Virus record (IMG/VR): IMGVR_UViG_3300011008_000003
Direction: 5' to 3' (one strand)
Source: a virus
Taxonomy: Duplodnaviria > Heunggongvirae > Uroviricota > Caudoviricetes
Length of the DNA: 64,000 bases
The stretch's first letter is position 1. Each line of letters opens with the position of its first letter. Shown here piece after piece: positions 10,797 through 20,008 of the stretch. The translations under genes were made by a program, and so were the position numbers. A model generated the notes under the pieces. That model was given only the letters and a program-made list of their open reading frames with translations. It was not told where the DNA came from and searched no databases.

Positions 10797-10852
10797 CGTT
10801 ATTTATACACCGCTCCTATCCGGTACGCCGCAATAGAAACTCGTTCATATTT

Positions 10853-10945
10853 AAGGGAGTCTGCGCTAAATTGATTATAAGAGCTTATTTTTTAAGGCCT
10901 ATAATTAGTACTAAAAATAAAATTAAAGTCCATATAATTAAAATA
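10853..10945 (-). repeat. ~100-bp dispersed intergenic element, copy 1 (inverted, diverged)
   Basis: Reverse complement aligns to 38118-38217 (TGGACTT.AATTTTAT...TAG.C.TTAAAAA...TTTA.CGC.GA.T.CCT). Confidence 0.6.
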
Positions 10946-11090
10946 TGTGCGATTAAATTAGTGTTTATTGTATTATATAATAGTTGATTTAAATAGACCC
11001 CTAAGCACTTCCGACGAAATTTTTTATAATGTTTTTGTTGACAGTATTATATAATTTTTCTATATTTTAGGAAAATCTAAGAGGTATAAA

Positions 11091-11804
11091 ATGAGTGTAG
11101 TAATTTCCAGTGGTTTCCAAGACATCAAGCTCGCCGATGACTCTCAGTGGTCTGTCGGTCGTAAGCGGTTCTTTGAAGACATTATGACCGAACTCCAGCG
11201 GGCGGACGAGGAATGGTGCGCAAGTCTGGTTATCGGACGTAAGTTGGACAAAGCCGCGGCTTACTTCACCGCAGCTGACTGTCTGATTACGATTGTGATG
11301 CCGGAAGGAACCGCAACTTACGACGAGAACACCAAGGAAATCAGGTTCGCCGATGAAGACAAGTGGGTCTGTTTCGTCCACGAGGCAAGCCACTTTATGC
11401 ACATGGTGGTTGACGGCGGTAAGTTCATCAGTCCGAGCTTCGAGCATCTGGAACCGATGGTACATGCGGCGTTCGACGGACACCGTAGGTCCAACACCAA
11501 GTATCTGGAATTCGAAGCAGGCTATCGCAGTCTGTATTACAACGAGATTTACGAAATGGGTCCTAAGGAACTCTATTTCGAAAGGAATCTGAAAAATATG
11601 ATGAACTACGTCAGGGTCGAAGGACTCGAGGGGTTTGTCAAGGCTCTCCAGGCTTGCAAGTCGGAAGACGAAGCCAAGGCTGTAATCGAAAACCGTAAGG
11701 AAGACTTCGAAAAGGCCCGCCAGCAGATCCAAAAGTGGTCGGACCTCGACAAGTTCACAATCACGGTTCCTGACAGCACCGTGGCTGCTCCGGCTGAAAA
11801 CTAA
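11091..11804 (+). CDS. Putative zinc metallopeptidase (HExxH)
   Basis: FVHEASHFMH with downstream LEFEA third-ligand-like motif. Confidence 0.6.
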   Translation: MSVVISSGFQDIKLADDSQWSVGRKRFFEDIMTELQRADEEWCASLVIGRKLDKAAAYFTAADCLITIVMPEGTATYDENTKEIRFADEDKWVCFVHEASHFMHMVVDGGKFISPSFEHLEPMVHAAFDGHRRSNTKYLEFEAGYRSLYYNEIYEMGPKELYFERNLKNMMNYVRVEGLEGFVKALQACKSEDEAKAVIENRKEDFEKARQQIQKWSDLDKFTITVPDSTVAAPAEN

Positions 11805-11866
11805 ATTAAAAATCGACTTACAAGATAAGTCGGTTTTTCTATATTTAGTAAAAACAAGAGGATATT

Positions 11867-12589
11867 ATGAAGTATTATTTGAACAAGGAAACCGTTCCGT
11901 GGCGCACCATCATCAATGAACATCGCCGTTGGTATCAGTGGTATAACAGCCACACAATTCGCTGCGACATCAAGGGAATGGAAAACCTTTGGTTTAAGGA
12001 TAACTCTCAGGGCGACTGGGGCGTAGAAATCCAAGAACAGTGCAATATGGCATGGCTGCAGGGTAACCATACGGCATACTTCACTAAGCATCAGGCTGTG
12101 CTGAACCTCAAGCATGTTCCGAAGGCTATCAAGGAAGCGGATTACAAGGACTTCTATGACTGGATGTCTGCTGTCTGGAAACATATCTCGGCTGCCCGTG
12201 CTAAGGCAAAATTCAAGGCGAATGCGAAAGAATCCAACCGTAAAACCGAACAGGCCTTGGAATTCATGAACTTCAAGGACGAAATGGAACCGATGGCGAA
12301 GAGGCTGGGATTCGAACCGACCTCGAACGTTCCGGAAAGTTGTAAGAAGATCAAGCTGGCAAACGGCAAGGTTGGACTGTTCACCTGGAATGACGTCTGG
12401 GCACAGCATCCTGATAAGGGCTGGAGAAAGGATTCCGTTCAGTTCAAAAAGAAGAGACTGAAGGTGACGGCTGACATCCAGCGTTCGGGTAACAAGCTTA
12501 CCATTCAGGGTATTCCGTCGGAAAGAATGCGTGACGCTCTGTTGGTGGTCTGTAAGTTACTAGAACGTGACGGCAACACCGGCAAATAA
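11867..12589 (+). CDS. Hypothetical protein (Trp-rich, basic)
   Basis: Pe + RBS. Confidence 0.8.
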   Translation: MKYYLNKETVPWRTIINEHRRWYQWYNSHTIRCDIKGMENLWFKDNSQGDWGVEIQEQCNMAWLQGNHTAYFTKHQAVLNLKHVPKAIKEADYKDFYDWMSAVWKHISAARAKAKFKANAKESNRKTEQALEFMNFKDEMEPMAKRLGFEPTSNVPESCKKIKLANGKVGLFTWNDVWAQHPDKGWRKDSVQFKKKRLKVTADIQRSGNKLTIQGIPSERMRDALLVVCKLLERDGNTGK

Positions 12590-12665
12590 TCTTTAGACGT
12601 TTTGCTTTACAAAGTCTATTGAAATTCCTAAATTTAAATCAAACAACAACGAAAAGGAACCCAAA

Positions 12666-12725
12666 ATGAAAGAAATAGAGCTCGCCAAACGTATTCAGAA
12701 AATCCTCGAAGACCTTTGGTGCTAA
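12666..12725 (+). CDS. 19-aa peptide MKEIELAKRIQKILEDLWC
   Basis: Own Pe (-35 at 12606) and AAGGA RBS; not in ORF track. Confidence 0.6.
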   Translation: MKEIELAKRIQKILEDLWC

Positions 12726-12806
12726 TCCGACGATAAATCGACTAAGAAAAAAGTTGACAAAATCTTCAGATTATTCTATATTTAAATCAAACAATGGAGG
12801 CTATAA

Positions 12807-13199
12807 ATGAAAGAATCTGATATGGAAATCGTTAAGAACATGACGGACGCCAAGCTCATCGTCGCAATCCGTGATGCTGTTCCGGACGCCAAGGACACGA
12901 TGCGTGCCCAGGACATCTGTAACAAGAAGCGTTACGCCGAAGACCGTTCGATGCTTGCCAACAAGCAGTTGAAGGCGATTACCGACACTTCGAAGTTCTA
13001 CCGTCGAGCCAAGGCGTTTCTGTTAAAGGAAATCGACATCAAGCTCAACGACACCATCTTCTACAAGTGCAATACCATCAACGCAAAGAACTTCATCAGT
13101 TCAATGAAGCAGATGGTCAAAGCCAACCGTGAAACCATGGAGGCTCTGGACGCGTTGAATTGCCGCGTTCAGAGGTCAAAGAATACGGTAGCAATATGA
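12807..13199 (+). CDS. Hypothetical protein
   Basis: Pe + GGAGG. Confidence 0.8.
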   Translation: MKESDMEIVKNMTDAKLIVAIRDAVPDAKDTMRAQDICNKKRYAEDRSMLANKQLKAITDTSKFYRRAKAFLLKEIDIKLNDTIFYKCNTINAKNFISSMKQMVKANRETMEALDALNCRVQRSKNTVAI

Positions 13200-13534
13200 A
13201 AAGCAAAGAGTACAAGGCAAAACGGAAAGAAGTCGCGGACTTGCTCGAGACCTTCGGTCACGAGTATACCCACGACGAATTCCAGCGAATAGTATATAAG
13301 CTGACCGGTGCTCTTGTAGTCGCAGACAAGCCGAACAATAAAATTCGAATACACAAGACCTTCCGCATGGTCGAATGCGCTCCGAAAGAACGTAACGGGA
13401 ACTGGTGGGGTCTTAACGGGACATACATCAAACCCCCGAAGGCCACCATCAACTCTCGCTGTCACTACAACTGGGCATTGGTAAAACGTGTTTTAAAATC
13501 TATTTCATCTTTAAAGGAGAACCAACAGCTATGA
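13196..13534 (+). CDS. Hypothetical protein
   Basis: ATGA overlap with upstream gene. Confidence 0.75.
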   Translation: MKSKEYKAKRKEVADLLETFGHEYTHDEFQRIVYKLTGALVVADKPNNKIRIHKTFRMVECAPKERNGNWWGLNGTYIKPPKATINSRCHYNWALVKRVLKSISSLKENQQL

Positions 13535-13665
13535 ACAAGAAGGACCGTGAGGAATACGAACGGCAGCTTGACATCGTAGAGAAACGAATCATTGCTGGCA
13601 AGCAGAGATTCGGCGATCCGGGCCTACGTAAGTATTATCTGAACAAGCTCAGGGAAGCCAAGTAA
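13531..13665 (+). CDS. Small basic protein (44 aa)
   Basis: AAGGAG RBS, ATGA overlap. Confidence 0.7.
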   Translation: MNKKDREEYERQLDIVEKRIIAGKQRFGDPGLRKYYLNKLREAK

Positions 13666-13754
13666 AAAACACTTAAAAGATTTTATTTACGAGGCTTTTG
13701 AAATTTTCTATATTTAAATCAAACGGTTAAACAATTAACAACAAGAGGTAAAAA

Positions 13755-13943
13755 ATGAAGGTTTCCGTTCTCACCCGCACTGAAGAATCCGGTCGTCGTA
13801 TCATCCACGGCATCTACGTGGACGACGAAAAGGGCACGTCCGTCGAAAAGGCCCGCAAGGCCAAGGCAGATATGCTCAAGTTCTACCACGCTCCGAGTCG
13901 TCTCTGCATGGACACCGAAATCGACACGAGGGAGGCAGAATAA
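13755..13943 (+). CDS. Hypothetical protein
   Basis: Pe + RBS. Confidence 0.8.
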   Translation: MKVSVLTRTEESGRRIIHGIYVDDEKGTSVEKARKAKADMLKFYHAPSRLCMDTEIDTREAE

Positions 13944-14278
13944 TGGCTACCAAGAAAACAGCTAAGCCGGTTGAAAAGCCGGCTGGCACTTACCTCGTAG
14001 TCGTGGCTGAATACGACGAATGCGGTTCTGACGGACTCGCAATCGACAATGCTCTAGGATTCGACACGCCGGAAGACGCAGCGAAGTTCATCGCGGAAGA
14101 TTTCAATGACACGATCAGCAGCATGGTCGAAAGCGGAGACATCGACGAAGACAAGATGCTCGACGAAGCCAGAGTTCTCACGAAGATTAAGAAGTTGGGT
14201 GTCGAAGAGAACGCGGAATGGGACACGCCTGTAGAAACTCTGACACAGGTCAAGTGGAAAGTCTTCCGTAAGGGCTAA
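13943..14278 (+). CDS. Hypothetical protein
   Basis: GGAGG + TAATG coupling. Confidence 0.8.
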   Translation: MATKKTAKPVEKPAGTYLVVVAEYDECGSDGLAIDNALGFDTPEDAAKFIAEDFNDTISSMVESGDIDEDKMLDEARVLTKIKKLGVEENAEWDTPVETLTQVKWKVFRKG

Positions 14279-14384
14279 ACCGTCGAAAAACTTCTAAAAT
14301 ATAACGTTTACGACTTGAGTATAAATTACTATATTTAAGTCGTTAACGAAACAAACAAACCATCATCAAAAAGGAAAAACCAAT

Positions 14385-14666
14385 ATGAAGTCCAATCTCT
14401 CCAATGTCAAGTCTGAAACCAAGCGCGGCCGTCTGAAGCAGGGTTCCCTCGAATACGTGCTCAAGCACGCTGTCCAGCCGAACCGCGACCGTAAGCTTCT
14501 CCAGCCGAACTGTGCTGAACGTGCACTGATGGCTGGTCACGGTGTCGACGGCTACAAGGCAATCTGGTATCGCAAGGGCGACGGAAAGAAGTTCGGCTGC
14601 AAGACCGATCAGTATTTCCACCAGACTTGCCAGAAGCTCGGGTATACCGTTATTCAAATTCAGTAG
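14385..14666 (+). CDS. Basic hypothetical protein
   Basis: Pe + AAGGA. Confidence 0.8.
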   Translation: MKSNLSNVKSETKRGRLKQGSLEYVLKHAVQPNRDRKLLQPNCAERALMAGHGVDGYKAIWYRKGDGKKFGCKTDQYFHQTCQKLGYTVIQIQ

Positions 14667-14727
14667 TCTTTTTCTCCTGATGGGTGGTGGAACGTTCCCT
14701 AGTAGGACTTCCGAACGGGAACAGCAC

Positions 14728-14811
14728 GGCCTTGTGGCGGAATAGGTAGACGCTGCAGACTTAAAATCTGTTGGGAGATTTCCCGTGTCGGTTCGAGTCC
14801 GACCTTGGTCA
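14728..14811 (+). tRNA. tRNA-Leu(TAA), no encoded CCA
   Basis: D arm GCG/CGC, anticodon arm GCAGA-CTTAAAA-TCTGT, long variable arm, T arm GTCGG-TTCGAGT-CCGAC; two U:U mismatches in acceptor stem. Confidence 0.85.
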
Positions 14812-14931
14812 TTTCTGTATTAGCCTCCTTCTTTGGGTTGAAGGGAACCGGTGGATCCGTAAGGGTCTGCCGGTTTTTTATTCTTAATTATTTTTATTTA
14901 CAAGATATTCAGAATTTACTATATTATAGTC

Positions 14932-15234
14932 ATGATGGAAATGAATAAGAAAATAAAAATTGTCTACAAGGATAGCTTGTCTGGTGAAACCAACGAACGC
15001 GAGATAAAGCTCCGGAACATCCTGGACCTTATGAAACATACGGGATTCAGTGAACTATACTTCTGGAACAATTATGTTGGCAGACTGGCCAAGATAATGA
15101 TCTTCGATGATAAACTGGTTAAATGGTTTGACAAGGAAGGTGTTGAACATACCGACTACGAGAAGCTGGTAGATACGTTGTCGGTTTACGCCGAACAGAC
15201 GAAACTAAAAGATGCCCTGGCAAGTCTGAATTAA
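14932..15234 (+). CDS. CT-tag protein, leaderless
   Basis: ATG 7 nt after -10; ends QTKLKDALASLN. Confidence 0.8.
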   Translation: MMEMNKKIKIVYKDSLSGETNEREIKLRNILDLMKHTGFSELYFWNNYVGRLAKIMIFDDKLVKWFDKEGVEHTDYEKLVDTLSVYAEQTKLKDALASLN

Positions 15235-15304
15235 AACTCAATTAGATTTTGATTTACAAGACTTTTAGAATTTTCTATATTATAGTCATGCAAGAGAGGT
15301 TAAA

Positions 15305-15631
15305 ATGGTAATTCACGGTACTAATAGTGATGACATGCCGATACTGTTCGATACGACGAAGATCGATGCAACATACTGTTGCCAGAATGATCATGGTTTA
15401 TGGAAAGTTGTGTTGACCCTTAGTAACGGTCTGGAATTCTGGTTGCCGCGATATAACACTATCAAAATCAACGGCGTCAACATTATGCATGAGGGCGATA
15501 TGGCTAAGTGTAAGAAGATGGCTGAGATTATCAATACCATTATCGAACTCGAACGTCAGGACCCTCCGGTAGATATGGACAAGTTCTCGAAACTCGGTAA
15601 GGACGAGCCGAAGAGAAAAAAGTCAAAATAA
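15305..15631 (+). CDS. Hypothetical protein
   Basis: Pe + RBS. Confidence 0.8.
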   Translation: MVIHGTNSDDMPILFDTTKIDATYCCQNDHGLWKVVLTLSNGLEFWLPRYNTIKINGVNIMHEGDMAKCKKMAEIINTIIELERQDPPVDMDKFSKLGKDEPKRKKSK

Positions 15632-15687
15632 ATCGTTTACAACATTTGAATATTTTTCTATATTTAAATCAAACAAAAGAGGTTAAT

Positions 15688-15972
15688 ATGTATCTTACTC
15701 GTTCCAAGAATCCCCGCAAGTTCGTCAAGCTCTCCGAAAAGGAATACTTGGCTGAATGTCAAAAGTCTGTCCGTCCGTCCCCGGATATTCACGTCGACTT
15801 GTTCGTGAACGCCAAAGACGAAATCCGTCTGGTGATTACGTCGATGAATCCGGAACGTCGCTACACGACCGATGAAGTTCTCCCGGTAACCTGGTATCGC
15901 GAAGAGCTCGCCGGCAAGAAGGATCGCATCCGTCACGCCGTGGCTCACTTCAAGAACCATATCAGGTTCTAG
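15688..15972 (+). CDS. Hypothetical protein
   Basis: Pe + RBS; start corrected. Confidence 0.8.
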   Translation: MYLTRSKNPRKFVKLSEKEYLAECQKSVRPSPDIHVDLFVNAKDEIRLVITSMNPERRYTTDEVLPVTWYREELAGKKDRIRHAVAHFKNHIRF

Positions 15973-15975
15973 TCT

Positions 15976-16296
15976 ATGGCTGGTTATCCGATGAGTAACA
16001 TTACCATGAAGATGGATGAGATTAACAAACATCTTTATGATACTTGTTACATGATGGATGCTGTCTGGAGCGACTTCTATGGGATAAATCACAACAAGAA
16101 TGGAAAGGTTCATATCAGGTTACTGACTGGGCCTGCACCCGGATGGTTCGATGCTGTCACGTGGACAATAGACATCGACGACATCACCGCAGGGAGACTC
16201 GACCTGAAACTGCAGGAAATAGTCAAATTCGGCGATAACTGGAAACAGCGTCTGATAGGACTCGACACGGAATATGCGATAGAAAACTTGCAATAA
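15976..16296 (+). CDS. CT-tag protein
   Basis: Ends GLDTEYAIENLQ. Confidence 0.75.
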   Translation: MAGYPMSNITMKMDEINKHLYDTCYMMDAVWSDFYGINHNKNGKVHIRLLTGPAPGWFDAVTWTIDIDDITAGRLDLKLQEIVKFGDNWKQRLIGLDTEYAIENLQ

Positions 16297-16346
16297 AAAC
16301 TCCACCCAGGGGTTGACAAGAGCGAAATAAAATGGTATATTATTGA

Positions 16347-16479
16347 GGTAGCGCATGCCATAGCGCTTTCCTCAGGGGCGACCTTGTTTGGCCGCGAGTT
16401 GCCATTTTTATCGCGGAGTTTGTTGGTCGTCCCAGCCATGACAGGGTTTTTCGTTGTTATTACCTGTCATGGCTTTTTT
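16347..16479 (+). ncRNA. Candidate ~130-nt three-hairpin small RNA
   Basis: TTGACA(16313)-17-TATATT(16336); stems AGCGC/GCGCT, GGGCGACC/GGTCGTCC with CCGCGA/TCGCGG, and perfect 12-bp AGCCATGACAGG/CCTGTCATGGCT + T run; no convincing ORF. Confidence 0.65.
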
Positions 16480-16489
16480 GTTTTATTAT

Positions 16490-16595
16490 ATCGTATTTGA
16501 TTTATACGGCTTTAAAATATAATAGGCCTATAGATTATACTCTTTTTTAAAACAAGTCTTTAAAACACGTTTACCACAGACCGCCTCGGTCAAAA
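16490..16595 (+). repeat. ~100-bp dispersed intergenic element, copy 2
   Basis: ...AAAACAAGTCTTTAAAACACGTTTACCACAGACCGCCTCGGTCAA. Confidence 0.8.
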
Positions 16596-16664
16596 AATAG
16601 TCAAAAATAATAGTTTACAACCTTGTCGAATTTTTCTATATTATCAGATGTAAGAGAGGTAATT

Positions 16665-16874
16665 ATGAACGTAATTGTCGAAATCGAAAGCGCACATGCG
16701 GAAGAAATCGCCCGACGGTTCAACCAGTGCGAACCTGAAGGCAAGAAGAACTGGATTCTCAAGAACAAGGGCATCCTTGTCGGGAAGCAGGTATATATCC
16801 AGTTGCTCAGTTCGGTTGTTTGTTTGATTTTGAGAACAGACGAAAACGCCGTAATCCGTATCGTGAAGCAGTAA
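16665..16874 (+). CDS. Hypothetical protein
   Basis: Pe + RBS; start corrected. Confidence 0.75.
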   Translation: MNVIVEIESAHAEEIARRFNQCEPEGKKNWILKNKGILVGKQVYIQLLSSVVCLILRTDENAVIRIVKQ

Positions 16875-16976
16875 TCCGCAACAAAAAAATTACAAAATTC
16901 TATATTTACAAAGAGGTTCAAATTACTATATTTGAAAATACGAAAATAAACAGAACAAATCACAAGGAGATACACC

Positions 16977-17507
16977 ATGGCAATTTCAGCCGAAGATACA
17001 ATCAAGGGCATCATCGCAGAAGCGAAGAAGGGCAACGTGACGGACCATCAGTCTGACGGCACTCTCGAATCCTGGAAGATTCCCTTCAGTGGAAGCACCT
17101 ACCGCGTCGTCGTGACGGACAAGAAGGCGAAGACCGGGAAGGCGTTCAACAAGAACGATTTGCTCGTCGTGGGCGAAGACGGCAGCGAAAAGGTCGTGAA
17201 CCTGGGCGAATGGAAGAAGAAGCTCTTCTACACGCTCGTCTATGCACTTCGCAAGGGAAAGGTCTTTCACAAGATTGACCAGGACCCGGCCAAGGTGAAG
17301 GCCATCAAGGCCGATATGGTCGCGAACCCGGGAAACTACGTGAAGGGCGAAGACGAAATCACCGGTACCTTTAACGGCACGAGCATCAAGGTGACTCGCA
17401 CGAAGAAGGCCTACAAGTCGGGCAAGACCCTCTGCCGCATCACGTTGGCAGAAAGTGGCGTCGTGACTTTGAAGGGTTCTCAGCTCCAGCCGTTGTTCAA
17501 GGCTTAA
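16977..17507 (+). CDS. Basic hypothetical protein
   Basis: AAGGAG RBS, strong codon bias. Confidence 0.85.
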   Translation: MAISAEDTIKGIIAEAKKGNVTDHQSDGTLESWKIPFSGSTYRVVVTDKKAKTGKAFNKNDLLVVGEDGSEKVVNLGEWKKKLFYTLVYALRKGKVFHKIDQDPAKVKAIKADMVANPGNYVKGEDEITGTFNGTSIKVTRTKKAYKSGKTLCRITLAESGVVTLKGSQLQPLFKA

Positions 17508-17587
17508 CCGGCGAAAATGAAACAAGATTATTCGTTTACGCCTTGTCCATAGTTTTCTATATTTCAATATGTAAATAAGAGGTTATT

Positions 17588-17749
17588 ATGGACAAGGCTA
17601 AAGAAACGAAAAGGATGCGTGATGAAAGGATCAAAGAATCCGAAAACGGACGAAAGCTCCGCGAACGAAAAATCCGTGACCGAACAAAGTACACCCGAAA
17701 AGGGCGGACACGTCCTGACGATAACGAAGAGAGATACGTACAGCGGTAA
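17588..17749 (+). CDS. 53-aa basic protein, possibly ArfA-like
   Basis: Pe + AAGAGGT RBS; RERKIRDRTKYTRKGR; not in ORF track. Confidence 0.6.
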   Translation: MDKAKETKRMRDERIKESENGRKLRERKIRDRTKYTRKGRTRPDDNEERYVQR

Positions 17750-17984
17750 CACCAGCTTCAGTGTCAACCTTTATATCCAGGATGTGGAACAGGTCGAACC
17801 GTACGAATGGGACCATACCCAGCTCGTCGTGCACTACAGATCCATCGGCGGCGTATTCGGCGAAATCCGTATTACGGACGAAGACGATTACAAGGTCGAC
17901 GGCAGGACCGCAACGTATGAAATCGCTCAACTGTTCCTCGAGAACCGTTTGACCGAAGTTCAAATCGATGCGCTTCCGGGATAA
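17622..17984 (+). CDS. CT-tag protein overlapping 17588 in another frame
   Basis: AAGGA at 17611; ends ENRLTEVQIDALPG. Confidence 0.7.
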   Translation: MKGSKNPKTDESSANEKSVTEQSTPEKGGHVLTITKRDTYSGNTSFSVNLYIQDVEQVEPYEWDHTQLVVHYRSIGGVFGEIRITDEDDYKVDGRTATYEIAQLFLENRLTEVQIDALPG

Positions 17985-18065
17985 AACAAAAAATTATTCG
18001 TGCTTACGAACTACGGAAAATTTCCTATATTATAAGCATGAAACAACAACTCAGAGGATTAACCA

Positions 18066-18581
18066 ATGTCTCAAGAAAAGAAAGTCAAAGAATACAAGTA
18101 CCTTAAGGCTCTTCCCCTCACCGAAGGCCAGCAAAGGGTAATCATCGCGAAGTCGAACAAGCTCCGTAAGCTCCGCAAGAAGGTGCATCTTGAAAAGAAG
18201 GCTGCACAGATCGTATGGGACAATATCTGCGACCACGGCAGCATCAGCCTTACGAACATCGAAGCCGTCAAGGACCTGCTCGACAATTACAAGCAGTCTC
18301 TTGAAATCCTTCAGGAATTGAAGGCAGAAATCTACTCCATCCGCAACGAAATCAAGCAAATCGTCGTGGAAGCGAAGAAGAATGCACCGGCGAAGGCACC
18401 TGAACCCGAACCGGCCAAGGAAGCACCTGCACCTCAGCCGAAGCAGGAACAGAAGATGGTGAAGTTCATTTTCACTGTGCCGGAAGCAATTTCCCTGCAG
18501 ACGCATCTCGATACGTTCCTCAAGAACCGACCGAATGCGACAAAGGTCACGCTTGAACTGGCCGTTGACCACATGCACTAG
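18066..18581 (+). CDS. Coiled-coil protein with PA-rich linker
   Basis: Pe + RBS; terminator at 18604-18636. Confidence 0.8.
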   Translation: MSQEKKVKEYKYLKALPLTEGQQRVIIAKSNKLRKLRKKVHLEKKAAQIVWDNICDHGSISLTNIEAVKDLLDNYKQSLEILQELKAEIYSIRNEIKQIVVEAKKNAPAKAPEPEPAKEAPAPQPKQEQKMVKFIFTVPEAISLQTHLDTFLKNRPNATKVTLELAVDHMH

Positions 18582-18698
18582 AATTTAACCTCTAGTTGTA
18601 GGCGGGCGATCCTTCGGGGTCGTCCGTTCTTTTTTATTCTAAATTTGGTATTTACAAAATTCCCAGAATATTCTATCTTTATATCAAGAGGTTAAAAC

Positions 18699-19085
18699 AT
18701 GATTAGAGAAGACATTGATATTGAAAATATCGCGAATACCCTGGGATTACCGTTCTACGAGGACAAGGACTGGAAATGTATCGTAATCGGGGAAGCCGAC
18801 TGGGATAACACCGGGAACGATATGGAATTGGTCCTGAAATACCGTCACGGACCGTACAACAACGAATGGAAACGTACAGGGATTACTGAAGACGAACTCT
18901 TTGTTATGATTAAACAGACCGTTGCTGGAGCGTTGTCCTTGTCAGGTATTATGACCAACGAAAAGGCTTTCACCTTCATCGTGGGACTGTTGCTTGTCAA
19001 GAAAGATATTAAGGCATGGCGGGCCAACTACATGGCTGCGGAATACAACCGTGAACTTGAAAAGACCCTGGCAGCTCTGAAATAA
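18699..19085 (+). CDS. CT-tag protein
   Basis: Pe + RBS; ends NRELEKTLAALK. Confidence 0.8.
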   Translation: MIREDIDIENIANTLGLPFYEDKDWKCIVIGEADWDNTGNDMELVLKYRHGPYNNEWKRTGITEDELFVMIKQTVAGALSLSGIMTNEKAFTFIVGLLLVKKDIKAWRANYMAAEYNRELEKTLAALK

Positions 19086-19153
19086 AATCTTAAATAGGTT
19101 TTATTTACAACATTTGAATATTTTTCTATATTTAAATCAAACAAGAGGTTAAT

Positions 19154-19252
19154 ATGAAAGTAGAACAATTTGCCACCGTTATCCCGCTTCTTCCGTTCGA
19201 CACTCATCACATTAAACTGGCGAAATACTGTTGTGCGACGCTAGGCCGATAA
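19154..19252 (+). CDS. 32-aa peptide
   Basis: Pe + AAGAGGT; not in ORF track. Confidence 0.55.
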   Translation: MKVEQFATVIPLLPFDTHHIKLAKYCCATLGR

Positions 19253-19326
19253 AAAACTCAATAAGGTTTTTGTTTATAACATTTGAATATTTTTCTATAT
19301 TTAGAATACAAACAGGAGACAATAAA

Positions 19327-19482
19327 ATGGTATACGTGAAGTTCAAGTATCGTGACGAATACAGCAATGGCAAGTGGAACGAACAGGAATGTCATGTGCG
19401 TTCGGTGGCCGAATGCATCAAAATCTACGGCCTCGACCAGTGCGAACATCAAATCCTCGAAGTGAAGGGTACTGAAGAATAA
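19327..19482 (+). CDS. Small hypothetical protein
   Basis: Pe + AGGAG; start corrected. Confidence 0.75.
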   Translation: MVYVKFKYRDEYSNGKWNEQECHVRSVAECIKIYGLDQCEHQILEVKGTEE

Positions 19483-19537
19483 ACACAAAAACAAAAGGGT
19501 TTACACAATGAAGAAGTAATTCTATATTTGAAACAAC

Positions 19538-19611
19538 GGACAGGTAGCTCAATAGGTTAGAGCAGCGGACTCATAACCCGCCGGTTCTCGGTTCAAGTCC
19601 GAGCCTGTCCA
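19538..19611 (+). tRNA. tRNA with CAT anticodon (elongator Met or Ile2), no encoded CCA
   Basis: GGACAGG/CCTGTCC acceptor, GCTC/GAGC D stem, CTCATAA loop, CTCGG-TTCAAGT-CCGAG; own Pe (-10 at 19523). Confidence 0.9.
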
Positions 19612-19721
19612 TTTCATGCATCAAGTATGTCCTCGGGTAATTCCGAGGATTTTTCTTTTATGAGAAATATTTACAACATTTGAATATTTTTCTATATTAT
19701 AATCATCAACGAGAGATTAAA

Positions 19722-19904
19722 ATGGAATTTACGAAAGACGAATTGAAGTTGCTTGAAATCTATCTTTTAAGTGAACTGGACACGCAAAGATATGAACCTG
19801 ACGGCATTGATGAAGAGCTCGAGAAACTTTATTACAAAGTAAAGGCACAAACAAATCTTGAATTTGAAGTTCACTCCATTATGGAGCATCTAAAAACCAT
19901 TTAA
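19722..19904 (+). CDS. Small CT-tag-like protein
   Basis: Pe; ends EFEVHSIMEHLKTI. Confidence 0.7.
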   Translation: MEFTKDELKLLEIYLLSELDTQRYEPDGIDEELEKLYYKVKAQTNLEFEVHSIMEHLKTI

Positions 19905-20008
19905 GATGTTAAAGGAAGCGAGAGCCTCCGAGGATTTTTATTTAACGAGAAGTATTTACAACATTCGATTATTTTTCTATATTTAGAATATAATGGAGGT
20001 TTTACTCA

